Positions 1-9,139 of a stretch of DNA of 64,000 nt are shown one piece after another; the stretch's first letter is position 1, and each line of letters starts with the position of its first letter. Source of the DNA: a virus (Duplodnaviria; Caudoviricetes). The DNA is taken from IMG/VR virus record IMGVR_UViG_3300042508_000526. The stretch is one strand, 5' to 3'. The notes under the pieces were generated by a model. The model worked only from the letters and a program-made list of their open reading frames with translations. It ran no database searches and was not told the origin of the DNA. Position numbers and translations under genes: made by a program.

Positions 1-1
1 G

Positions 2-484
2 TATCTTTAAATCAAGATTAACTTCAAACGAACATTGGTCTGCGGCGCCACAATCACCCGGCGTGATATTCGGGATAATCGTGATGGTGTTCGTTGGCGT
101 AATGCAGCCCTGATAACCAACCTCGACGTCAAACGCGCCGGCCGTGATAGCTGTACACGGGGTCTGCGGCACAGCAATATTTAGATCCAGCGACAAATCG
201 TATTTGCATGGATCTACGTCTTTGCGCTCAATACGCAATACACTGCTAGACTCGTCGCAGCTTGGCCCGGCAAAACCGACGCTCACGGTCGATACGGTGT
301 CGATCGTCGGACACTCGACGCCTACGTCGTCCGGCACGTCACGCGGAATTACCGGGACCGTGCATCCGTAGATCGGCGGCGGCGGTGGGACGATATTACA
401 GACGTCCGTTACGAAGTCGAAATCGACTTTCGGTACCGGCTCTACAGGACAGTTCGAGTCCTTAAATAGGTTTTCATTGACCAT
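2..484 (-). CDS. Partial Cys/Pro-rich tail-associated protein (runs off window start)
   Basis: Hand translation from ATG 484: MVNENLFKDSNCPVEPVPKVDFDFVTDVCNIVPPPPP...CKYDLSLDLNI...CSFEVNLDLKI, open to position 2. Abuts the stop at 488. Absent from the ORF track because it is truncated. Confidence 0.75.
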   Translation of the reverse strand, partial: MVNENLFKDSNCPVEPVPKVDFDFVTDVCNIVPPPPPIYGCTVPVIPRDVPDDVGVECPTIDTVSTVSVGFAGPSCDESSSVLRIERKDVDPCKYDLSLDLNIAVPQTPCTAITAGAFDVEVGYQGCITPTNTITIIPNITPGDCGAADQCSFEVNLDLKI

Positions 485-487
485 CGT

Positions 488-1387
488 TTACGTGCACGTG
501 ACTTGAGTATTCGGTCTTTTCTGTACGGTGATTTGTCCGTCCTCTACGCGCACGTCTATACCCGCGCCGCCGATGATCGTAACGTTCGGCCCGCCGAGAC
601 CGTTGATCGTCGAAATGAGTTCGTCGCACGCCGGACCGCCGCTGTAAAACTTGCTGCCGGCAGGAATTGCTTCTCCGTTGTAAAGCGGGATCTCGCTGCC
701 GGCGGCGCACAGCGCCGAGTCGTACGAGGCACCTGCGCCCTTGGCTGCCGACACAACAATCTCGTTTGCGCGATTAACTTGCGTAATTTGGCAATTGTAA
801 CCTTCTTTAAGTTTGACGTCGCCCTTCAAACAACGCGCGTTCACTATGATTGCGCGGTCATCGTTGTTGCTGGTTTGGTTGCACCCGGGGACGCGAATGC
901 GATCGTAGTTGCCTACGCTGATGGAACGTAAATACGCTTTGTGCAGATTTTGAATACGGGCGGGTTCTAATTGGTACTCGTCTTGGGCAAATGATATTGT
1001 GCCATTGCCGGGCAGCATGGCGCGCAAATCTGTTAATGGTCCGGTGACAAGAAAACCCTCCCAAATTGGTTCTTCAGCGCACTCCAGATCCGCGACAACA
1101 CTTTCACTGTGCACAATTGCCCACTCGTTCAGTAACGCCGACTGCTCAAATACAAGCGCGTTTGGGACGGCGCCGGTGCTGAGCGTAAACCGAAAAATGT
1201 TACTAATGCGCTGCACTGACGACAGCCAAACGGTGTCTATCGCGTCGTCAAAATACGCGTCAAGACCCATGATTATGCCGCAGTCTACAATTGCGCTTGC
1301 GGGTAAGGCAGGTGTCGGCCAGCTTGTTCGATAAACAAACGGGCATGCGCGGTATTCGTTGTCGTTGTAAAAACCGGGACGTGGCAT
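488..1387 (-). CDS. Tail-tip/fibre-associated protein, paralogue 5 of Cys-rich array (299 aa)
   Basis: Shares FYNDNEYRxxPF, IVDC, GDVKL and STINGLGGPN motifs with its neighbours; TAATG coupling; lies downstream of the baseplate genes. Confidence 0.6.
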   Translation of the reverse strand: MPRPGFYNDNEYRACPFVYRTSWPTPALPASAIVDCGIIMGLDAYFDDAIDTVWLSSVQRISNIFRFTLSTGAVPNALVFEQSALLNEWAIVHSESVVADLECAEEPIWEGFLVTGPLTDLRAMLPGNGTISFAQDEYQLEPARIQNLHKAYLRSISVGNYDRIRVPGCNQTSNNDDRAIIVNARCLKGDVKLKEGYNCQITQVNRANEIVVSAAKGAGASYDSALCAAGSEIPLYNGEAIPAGSKFYSGGPACDELISTINGLGGPNVTIIGGAGIDVRVEDGQITVQKRPNTQVTCT

Positions 1388-2163
1388 TACACAAGACTCC
1401 TGCCGGCAGTGTCGATAACAATTGTTCCGTTATCCGGGTAAATGCGCAACACACTGTCGGCGACTTCTTGATTCGTTGCTGTGAACGTGAAATTACCGTA
1501 ATCGTCTGGGCCGCAGCCGTTGATCGTTTTAAGGTAATTTGGCGCTGGAAAATTCGCCGTTTGTGGTTCGCAAAGCGCGCGTTTAAACAGCGGCACACCA
1601 ACTATGTCGACGCGAATTGTGTTTACGTTTTCGCGGCGCAGAACAACGCCCTGATCGCCAATGAGCCAGATGTCGCCCGTCATTAGCTGCGCGGTAGCAG
1701 GTTGTATAGCTCTGACGCCCGGCTCTAGCGCCGGCCCAGCGACGCTAGCGACAAACTCTGTGGCGGCAACTGTAAATGTGTATGTGCCAACGGCCCACGA
1801 AGAAAACAGCGCAAGATTATCTTCTGTTGATAATAAAACACCGGCCGGACGGCCGTAGCTGTCCTCTACTGCGAGTAACCCGTCGGTCGGCGGCTTGAGC
1901 GGGTCGTAGCTCGCAGATGCGCGATTTGTTGCGCCCGCGTCGCCAATCACTATCGTTACGCGCTGCGTTGCAACAACGATTGACGAAATGTACGGTCGTC
2001 GATTGGCGCCTATTGTAAATAGCGCCGCGTCAACAAACATATCAACGGGTATGACGACATTAGCGTCTGTGGCGCTACGGAGCGTAACAGCGTCAGCAAA
2101 CGGGTAGCGTGACGCCGATTGCTCGTCGCGAAACTGCGGATATAAAATACGTTCGCCGGCCAT
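1387..2163 (-). CDS. Tail-tip protein, paralogue 4 (258 aa)
   Basis: SRYPF, FVDA, GDIWL and KTINGCGPDDYGNF motifs. Confidence 0.6.
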   Translation of the reverse strand: MAGERILYPQFRDEQSASRYPFADAVTLRSATDANVVIPVDMFVDAALFTIGANRRPYISSIVVATQRVTIVIGDAGATNRASASYDPLKPPTDGLLAVEDSYGRPAGVLLSTEDNLALFSSWAVGTYTFTVAATEFVASVAGPALEPGVRAIQPATAQLMTGDIWLIGDQGVVLRRENVNTIRVDIVGVPLFKRALCEPQTANFPAPNYLKTINGCGPDDYGNFTFTATNQEVADSVLRIYPDNGTIVIDTAGRSLV

Positions 2164-3923
2164 TAGACCACCGTTAGCTTATTGAAAAATGTATACGATT
2201 GATTGGCGAACAAACCAACACCGCCAGTGACTTCGCCCGGATTGGCGATAGATGTAAAACCGTCAGCGAGTTGAATCATTGTGTCATTTCGCATCTCGGC
2301 TAGCGAGAAATTCACTGTGAGCGCGCTACCGCTGAGATTTAAACCTGCTGACAACTGATACCACGCGTTAACGCCGACCGGGATTGGAATGCTTGTTTCT
2401 TCTGTGAACGTATCGTTTGTGTAGTGCAGCACGCGCAGTTTTGCCCGCGTAACGTCGACGACTACAGCGACATATCGAGTCGTGACAATGTTTGTGGCGG
2501 TGTCTAATGTTTGGGTGTAGTTCAGCACGAGCCCGCCATTTCGGGCGACGCCGTTAGTGCCGACTTTTAACTGCGCTGTGACCGTGCGCCCAATTGCCCA
2601 GTCTGTCGCGCAGTTTTTTAGCAGTGCAATATTGAGCCCGCCGATGCCTGTTGATACGTATGTTCCGTGCTCTGTAAATGGGCTTAAAATTGTTTCTGGA
2701 TTAAATGTGCCGTCATTGCAGTTGTTGCACGGCGTGGGCGCTAACGTGTTTTGCCCAGAGAACAGCCCCGTCGCAGTTACGAAATAGTAGCCGGGCGGGC
2801 AGGCCAAAAAATCTACGCAAAGCGGTAGCGTTAAACACGGATAGTTGGCGTCTTCGAGCGTTTGGTCGACAATCTCGTCAATTATCTGTGTCGGGTCAGT
2901 CCAGCAGTATTCATCAATTACAATGTCGGTTTCTTCGTAGTTGTTGTTTTCCCAACGATAAATTTTGTTGTTGTCGTATGCGCGATATAGTTTGCCCGTC
3001 TCGCCGGCTACTGGAAACGCGCTTAAGCTGGCAAACGTTAAAACAGACTCGCCCGTTAAATCGCAGCAAAGATCGTTGTACTCTTGCGGCTTTTTTGGTT
3101 TGTTCGCTTCGCACACGGCGGCGAGACTTACGTCTGTAACAATGTCTGCGCCGCCGCACGTTTCAAATGGGCGATATGAGAAATCTGCAAACGTAATGTC
3201 GATGTTGCCGTTACAGTCGGGCGACACGCCGTTGATTGTTTCAATTGGCGTCTTTGCGCACGTACCGCTTTCTGGCCGCTGCCCGCAAGGACCTAGAAAG
3301 CTTGCGAGCGGGTTATAGTCTGCAGAGATATCTAAGCTTGATAGCCTAAATACTATCGCGGGGCTGTCAGGGTTACCGTCGCCGTCTGCGTCTATGACTT
3401 CGTACGTGGCGCTGACCGGCTCTGCGCCAACTAGCCGTACAATGCCTTCAAGCGCTGACCCGACGCCTAGCTTGCCTATAGTCGGAATTGGCAGCGGGCG
3501 ATATGCGCGCGCTGACCGCGGTTGCAGCAGCGTCTGTTTAGGCGTGGTATACCGGCCGGAAAAGTTGTCGGATACACCGGGCCCGAACACAACCCAACCG
3601 AATACGCCGGGAACAATGTCTTTAACGCTGTAGTGCACGTACGGCGTGACCGGCTTCATCACCGAGATTGCGCATATTGTCGTACCGGTGATGGCGTCAA
3701 TGTCGTTTGCAACGCCGAATACTGCGGTGACTAGTCCGGGCGAAACAGTTAGCCCCTGCACGTATAAATACTTACCCAGCGTGCTTGGGAACCTAATGTG
3801 GCAATCAACAAGAATGTCGTCGCGAATGAACGCGCCCACGTCGTCTACACCGGTACTGATATCGTCCAGCGGGTAGCGCCGCGTCGACTGGAGGTTGTAC
3901 CAATTTTGATTACGAATAGGCAT
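2163..3923 (-). CDS. Tail-tip protein, paralogue 3, with a C-terminal beta-sandwich (possible receptor-binding) domain (586 aa)
   Basis: WYNLQSTRRYPL and ETINGVSPDCNGN motifs; fibre-type segment FPVAGETGKLYRAYDNNKIYRW; beta-rich C-terminus ending GGVGLFANQSYTFFNKLTVV. Confidence 0.6.
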   Translation of the reverse strand: MPIRNQNWYNLQSTRRYPLDDISTGVDDVGAFIRDDILVDCHIRFPSTLGKYLYVQGLTVSPGLVTAVFGVANDIDAITGTTICAISVMKPVTPYVHYSVKDIVPGVFGWVVFGPGVSDNFSGRYTTPKQTLLQPRSARAYRPLPIPTIGKLGVGSALEGIVRLVGAEPVSATYEVIDADGDGNPDSPAIVFRLSSLDISADYNPLASFLGPCGQRPESGTCAKTPIETINGVSPDCNGNIDITFADFSYRPFETCGGADIVTDVSLAAVCEANKPKKPQEYNDLCCDLTGESVLTFASLSAFPVAGETGKLYRAYDNNKIYRWENNNYEETDIVIDEYCWTDPTQIIDEIVDQTLEDANYPCLTLPLCVDFLACPPGYYFVTATGLFSGQNTLAPTPCNNCNDGTFNPETILSPFTEHGTYVSTGIGGLNIALLKNCATDWAIGRTVTAQLKVGTNGVARNGGLVLNYTQTLDTATNIVTTRYVAVVVDVTRAKLRVLHYTNDTFTEETSIPIPVGVNAWYQLSAGLNLSGSALTVNFSLAEMRNDTMIQLADGFTSIANPGEVTGGVGLFANQSYTFFNKLTVV

Positions 3924-3926
3924 GAT

Positions 3927-5603
3927 TTAGCACGGCAGTGTTGTGCGGCCCTCGCTGTCGCAGTTGAGCGTGCGCGTAGCTTCGGCGATCGCCGGCGGCG
4001 GCGGAGAACCGTCGGCAAGATTTTGTCCGCAATTCGGCAGTATCGGCAGTCCGCTGCTTAAATACGTTCCGGTTAATACGCCAGAAACTGCGTACGCACC
4101 GCGAGCTTTGATTGGCGTCGGCGGCGAGGTCGCATTGTCCAGTTGCGTAAATTTTACCCGAAAGCGCACATATGCTGAATCGCCAGCTTTTAATTGTGGC
4201 AGCGGCGCTGAATAACGTGTGCCGTTGTTGCTCACGGCAATACCCACAGCGGCGCCGTTTACACCGGGCGCGAAAATTTCGGTGTAGCCGCACTCTAACG
4301 TTGGCGTTACGGCGGTACCACTGGTGCCGCTGATACTCAGATCTACTGTTAGCTGCGTTGGCGGCACGCACGTTTCGCACGGATTGCACAGCATCATTAC
4401 GATGTCCATAAACGGGCACCGTTGCGGCACCATCAAAAGCCGTAACGGCTTTTGGACGCTACAGGACCGCTGATCGAGCCATCGCGCAATATTGTTTTCG
4501 TGCTCTGTGCGGACGCGCTCAGCGCGGCGCCCAATGAGTCGATATTGATTGCTGGTTTCGTTTAGATACTTTGCTGTATCGACATAATCTTCGCACGCGC
4601 AGCACGGCTGACAATCCGCGCCGATTTGTTGTTGCGCCGTAGCTGACGGGTTTGTCGCGTATTCAAGCTCCTCACCGTCGACCTGATTTTCCATTGTTAC
4701 GTAAGAGAAGATCGTGTCGTCTGTGATTACAAACTCTGTCGCCTCTGTGAGCAGTTTCGGGTAGAGCAGCACACTAGACACAGGGCGTCGCGCCCACAGG
4801 CAGTCTGCGCCACCGAGCAAGAAATCGCCGTTGTTGGCCGTGACGCCATTTATTTTTGATATGACGGGTAGCGTGGTGCCGCAGTTGCCGTATTTACCTC
4901 GTCCGCTACCTGCCACAGCGCTAAACGTTGTAGTCGTTACATTACGGAAATTTGTAACTGTTTGCGGGCCGGCGCTGATCTCGGTATTGAATCCGTTGGT
5001 AAAGACTACGTTGTTTCGGTAACGCGAGCTAAGCGCGCCGCCGTTGTTCACCCGCAGCGACAGCAGCCGCCGCGGCATTTTATACACCGCGCGCTCGTCT
5101 AGCCGCGCATTTAACGGGGCAAGATATTTGTTGTAGTTCCGCGGCGTGTCCTCGTCGCTAAGCTCGTTGTCGTCGTCTGGCCATGTTGTATATGCCACCA
5201 ACCGGCACACTGCGCGTGCTGTTTTCCACTCGTAAATCTTGTAATCGTCGCTCCAGTTTTGGACGAAAAAAGTTGCGTCCGCGGTATTCGTATTTAAGAT
5301 GACGCGGTCTGTGGCGTCGACGATTACGATATCGGCAGCGTGTACATTTGCGGGAAACGAGCTGATTGGGGGATTGTCTACGCAGCCTACGCCGTACAGA
5401 TACTTGATGCGCAGCGGATGCACAGCGGCCGGAATAGTCTCCGAATACTCGCCGTCATCGTCGTAGCTGAGATAGAAATCCGCCAGCAGATATTTGATAT
5501 CCGCGGACGGCGCCACAAGCGGAAAATTCAAACCGCTTTGAGGCTGCACGACGCCGATTCCGGCGCGACCGTTTTTTGATAGCGTAAAGTCGGGGCAAGT
5601 CAT
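3927..5603 (-). CDS. Tail-tip protein, paralogue 2 (558 aa)
   Basis: LNFPL, LADF and SKINGVTANNGDF motifs; CQPCCAC followed by a coiled-coil-like stretch and a beta-rich C-terminus. Confidence 0.6.
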   Translation of the reverse strand: MTCPDFTLSKNGRAGIGVVQPQSGLNFPLVAPSADIKYLLADFYLSYDDDGEYSETIPAAVHPLRIKYLYGVGCVDNPPISSFPANVHAADIVIVDATDRVILNTNTADATFFVQNWSDDYKIYEWKTARAVCRLVAYTTWPDDDNELSDEDTPRNYNKYLAPLNARLDERAVYKMPRRLLSLRVNNGGALSSRYRNNVVFTNGFNTEISAGPQTVTNFRNVTTTTFSAVAGSGRGKYGNCGTTLPVISKINGVTANNGDFLLGGADCLWARRPVSSVLLYPKLLTEATEFVITDDTIFSYVTMENQVDGEELEYATNPSATAQQQIGADCQPCCACEDYVDTAKYLNETSNQYRLIGRRAERVRTEHENNIARWLDQRSCSVQKPLRLLMVPQRCPFMDIVMMLCNPCETCVPPTQLTVDLSISGTSGTAVTPTLECGYTEIFAPGVNGAAVGIAVSNNGTRYSAPLPQLKAGDSAYVRFRVKFTQLDNATSPPTPIKARGAYAVSGVLTGTYLSSGLPILPNCGQNLADGSPPPPAIAEATRTLNCDSEGRTTLPC

Positions 5604-5606
5604 TGG

Positions 5607-6557
5607 TCACCCCGATGTTGTGCAGCCTGAGTCGCCGAGCCGGCTGCCCAGCACAACGAGACTCATTTGCGTTACTTCTGATCCGAGTCGCGTGACAAAG
5701 TTTTGCAACGTTGTAACGCCGTCGCCGAACCGATTGAGCTGGTCGATAATAGCGTCCAACTCCGTGCAACCGCAGCAGGGCTGTGCGCACGTGTCAGCGA
5801 TCTTGAGCCCGTTCGGTATCGGCGTAATTGTTACGCAATCGTCTTGCGACAGTACAAAATTGCCGTCGCTGGTGCACACGCCGTTAATGCAGCGAATGCA
5901 CTCTCCGGTGTCAGGCACGTCGCAGTAGCAATCTTCGTTCAGGTTTAGCCCGGAGATCGCGTCAAATCGGATATGTGTTTCGCCGGCTACTGTCGCTGCG
6001 GTAATTCTGATGTTATTTCCAGCCACAAGCGTGACGTCGCCGTAAATCGCGTCGCTGTACTCTGTGTTGTTAAAAATACGCAGGCGCGATACGCCGCGGA
6101 TCATTGGTCGGATAGCGTCTGGCTCCAGCGCTGTCCCGGCGTAATCAAACGTGTATAGCCCGGGCGCAATCTGATCGATTTCGTCAAGATTGCCGAGCGC
6201 GACGTGCCCGACGCAATCGTCAAAGTCGCCGATGCCGCCCAGCGCGTACGAGCGGTTAGCTTGATAGTTGCTGCGGACAATATTTGCCGCGGCGACGTCT
6301 ACGCTAGATGTTCCGTTGTAATAGCCAACGGTGATGTTAAAACCAGTCGGGGCTATCAGTACACTACTGATAAAAAAATTGCTGGGAGCGAATGATAACC
6401 CCGAGTGAATTGGTAAATACAAAGCAACAATAAAACTATCCGGCAGCCGTATAGCTCCGGTAGCTTCAGTGCTTTTCTTTGTGGCCCGTTCTGTCAGCGG
6501 ATAGGAGCGCTGCGAATTGTGGTTGAGCCACTGTAGGTTCCAGTTTCCAATAGGCAT
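5607..6557 (-). CDS. Tail-tip protein, paralogue 1 (316 aa)
   Basis: WLNHNSQRSYPL, GDVTL and RCINGVCTSDGNF motifs; CAQPCCGC plus heptad-like C-terminus. Confidence 0.6.
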   Translation of the reverse strand: MPIGNWNLQWLNHNSQRSYPLTERATKKSTEATGAIRLPDSFIVALYLPIHSGLSFAPSNFFISSVLIAPTGFNITVGYYNGTSSVDVAAANIVRSNYQANRSYALGGIGDFDDCVGHVALGNLDEIDQIAPGLYTFDYAGTALEPDAIRPMIRGVSRLRIFNNTEYSDAIYGDVTLVAGNNIRITAATVAGETHIRFDAISGLNLNEDCYCDVPDTGECIRCINGVCTSDGNFVLSQDDCVTITPIPNGLKIADTCAQPCCGCTELDAIIDQLNRFGDGVTTLQNFVTRLGSEVTQMSLVVLGSRLGDSGCTTSG

Positions 6558-6574
6558 GGCGGCTCACACAGTGC

Positions 6575-8473
6575 TTAAGTTGTGCTGTAAACAATTCCAG
6601 TAATCCTCAGTACGCCGACCTCTCCGTATACGTCCGCAGGATTTTCATCGCGGCCTATTGTAAACAGCACCGTATCGCCTTGGCTGACTCCAAACGGCGC
6701 GCTTTCTCGCTGGATGACTTTGTCCATCAGCAGCGAGATTGCCGGCAGCGGCGCGATTGGTGTATCAGCTGAAATTAAACCAATACCCGTGTTATTAGTC
6801 AGCGCTGGCGCGGGCAGTACGCGGTAAGACATGTACAGCGACGGCAATAACGCCGCCTGCTGCGCCGAGCCGCCGCGCCCGAAATACTGAACGCGAACTT
6901 TCATGTTCAAATTGTCGCCGATGTTTTGCCCCGGCACATTGAAACGCACGCGCAACAGAGACGCCTGCCCGTACGGAAAACCGATGTACGGAATATCCAT
7001 GTATAAGCGCTCTACGGTGTCGCTAAGCCTGATAATCTGCGGCGACAACTCGCGCTCGACTAATTGATCTGTATAGTCGATCTGCAACACGCCTTGCTGC
7101 AGCATGATCGTATTAGTCGTGCTCAGCTCTAACGCTTCTTTTTCAGCTGTAGTCAGCGCGCGTTCTTGTACGCCCTTGATGCTGATCTGATTCGATACCG
7201 TGAACGCGCCTTCGGCAACCCAGCCGCGTTTTAATTTCTTACCGGCTACAATTTGTTTGACTGCCTGACCGCCCAGCGCCTCGCCGGCGGCGTATTGCAT
7301 ATTGAGGTCAAGCCGAAGATCGCCTGTTGTGGCCGGCGCGCCTGCGCAGTTTGTGACCACAATCGGGCTTTCGTCGATATCCGGCTCGATGCTGGTTACG
7401 ACATTTCTGTCGTTGCCCAGTAACATCCGTAAAAACACGACAGACAGCCGCATTGTTTCTTCACGCGGGCACTCTTCAACACCCGGCGTAACTGGCGTCT
7501 CTGCGACAGTTGTATCTAACGTCGCCGGCCACGGAACATCGCCGTAGCAGTTGCTCATCCACCAGATGCCATTTGTGTCGCATACGACGAGACCTTGCGC
7601 GCCTAGCGGAACTTCCGTGGCGCCTACATGGTTTTCGCCTTTGTCCCAGAGAACCGCCACCGACTGAATGGGTAGCGGCGGCCATACGTTAGATAGCGCC
7701 GGATGCGCGTTTAAGTTGTAACCGAACAACGCGCCAGCCGGCGCCTTGTTATTAAAAACGCTGTGCGACACCGGCAACCAACCGGGCGTAGTAGCGCTTG
7801 TATCGCTTTCACTTTCTTCGTTGACTGTTATTACGTGCTCATCGCCGGTGTTTGGCGGCTCGTGCGGGCCGGCGGGGCGACAAACCAAATCGAACCGGTA
7901 GTGCGTGTGTTCGTCGATAAAGTCGCGCACGTGCGGCATGACAACAACGCGCGGCACAGTAGAGCACGCATCTTTTGGGCCGAGTACTTGGCAAACAAAT
8001 ACCGACACCGCGGGGCGCTGCTTCACCAGTTTGCCGCATGTTGTGCCGGACAAGTAATAGCGCCCGGGAGCGATCGGGCCTGTGATCGCGTTTTGTAGCT
8101 CCGGCATGTCCACGACGCCGTGCAGCACAACGTCAGCCAGCGTTTCGCCTTTTTTGCGCAAACACATACCGACGCAATCAGACGACGGAAGCACGACGAG
8201 TGTTTGCGACGTCGCGTCTGTTTCTACAGCTGCTTGCGCGCGCTCATAGCGTTTCTCTGTCGAGTTCCAGTAAACCGGATGCCCCGCAAGCACGTCAGGC
8301 GCTACGGTGGCGTCAGTGTCGAAAATAGCTTGTCCGAGCGCAGCGGCGTCAAGCCGGTCGCGAAGGTAGTCGGTACGGTTTTCAAGCGTGCGGTCGGGGC
8401 GCGATACAACGCCAGCCTGCACCGGCTCGCCCGGCGTTACGTGTTTAATATTATGTAGCCAGTTACCGGACAT
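6575..8473 (-). CDS. Baseplate/tail-fibre attachment protein (632 aa)
   Basis: N-terminal GEPVQAGVVSRPDRTLENRTDYL resembles myophage fibre/baseplate N-termini; position after the wedge genes. Confidence 0.5.
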   Translation of the reverse strand: MSGNWLHNIKHVTPGEPVQAGVVSRPDRTLENRTDYLRDRLDAAALGQAIFDTDATVAPDVLAGHPVYWNSTEKRYERAQAAVETDATSQTLVVLPSSDCVGMCLRKKGETLADVVLHGVVDMPELQNAITGPIAPGRYYLSGTTCGKLVKQRPAVSVFVCQVLGPKDACSTVPRVVVMPHVRDFIDEHTHYRFDLVCRPAGPHEPPNTGDEHVITVNEESESDTSATTPGWLPVSHSVFNNKAPAGALFGYNLNAHPALSNVWPPLPIQSVAVLWDKGENHVGATEVPLGAQGLVVCDTNGIWWMSNCYGDVPWPATLDTTVAETPVTPGVEECPREETMRLSVVFLRMLLGNDRNVVTSIEPDIDESPIVVTNCAGAPATTGDLRLDLNMQYAAGEALGGQAVKQIVAGKKLKRGWVAEGAFTVSNQISIKGVQERALTTAEKEALELSTTNTIMLQQGVLQIDYTDQLVERELSPQIIRLSDTVERLYMDIPYIGFPYGQASLLRVRFNVPGQNIGDNLNMKVRVQYFGRGGSAQQAALLPSLYMSYRVLPAPALTNNTGIGLISADTPIAPLPAISLLMDKVIQRESAPFGVSQGDTVLFTIGRDENPADVYGEVGVLRITGIVYSTT

Positions 8474-8500
8474 CCTGTCCTCCGGCGGTTAAATGCGTGT

Positions 8501-9130
8501 TTACAGAAACGCGATATCCCAAGTGATACCGATTTGCGACGACGGTTCTTTTGTGACCTGATTCGCGCCGCTGAATTGTGTGCGGGCAAAAATAACGTCC
8601 TTTGTGCGGTCACTAAAGTCCGGCGTTGCGACAAGGCACGCGGCGTAAACCTTGCTACTTGTGCCGAACGCCCGAGACGATTCCGGATACACGGCGTTCG
8701 CGCCCGCCGTCTGCGCAAAGAATGTCAACTGGTTACCGGACTGATTGACCGGTAAGTTGCCGTCATACCCGCTCGATACGCTCAACGCCGGCTCAAGGCT
8801 CAGCGGCACGCGCAGATAGTTTTTCGTCGTCGACGACGACAAGCCGTTGTAATAATCGATTCCGATATCGCGATTAAACGCTGGCGTAGAAATAACGCTA
8901 GCAGTATTTGCTAGATTTTCGTACTCGATGTACATCGCTGAGATATGGTAATCGGCACGGTCGGCTTGCCGCCTGTAGCCGATTTGTTTTGCCGCAATGT
9001 AACCCCACGTGTACTGGATCTGATTTGGCTGCGAAAAAACCGGGAGTTTAAGTCCGGTCCGGTCGTCGACGCGCCACACCGCGACATGACCTTTGACGCC
9101 AAATACTGAATTGATAGTGTCTGCAGCCAT
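8501..9130 (-). CDS. Baseplate-associated structural protein (209 aa)
   Basis: Beta-rich; synteny between wedge and fibre genes; C-terminal IFARTQF...ITWDIAF resembles tail-collar-type proteins. Confidence 0.45.
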   Translation of the reverse strand: MAADTINSVFGVKGHVAVWRVDDRTGLKLPVFSQPNQIQYTWGYIAAKQIGYRRQADRADYHISAMYIEYENLANTASVISTPAFNRDIGIDYYNGLSSSTTKNYLRVPLSLEPALSVSSGYDGNLPVNQSGNQLTFFAQTAGANAVYPESSRAFGTSSKVYAACLVATPDFSDRTKDVIFARTQFSGANQVTKEPSSQIGITWDIAFL

Positions 9131-9139
9131 AGTAAATCC

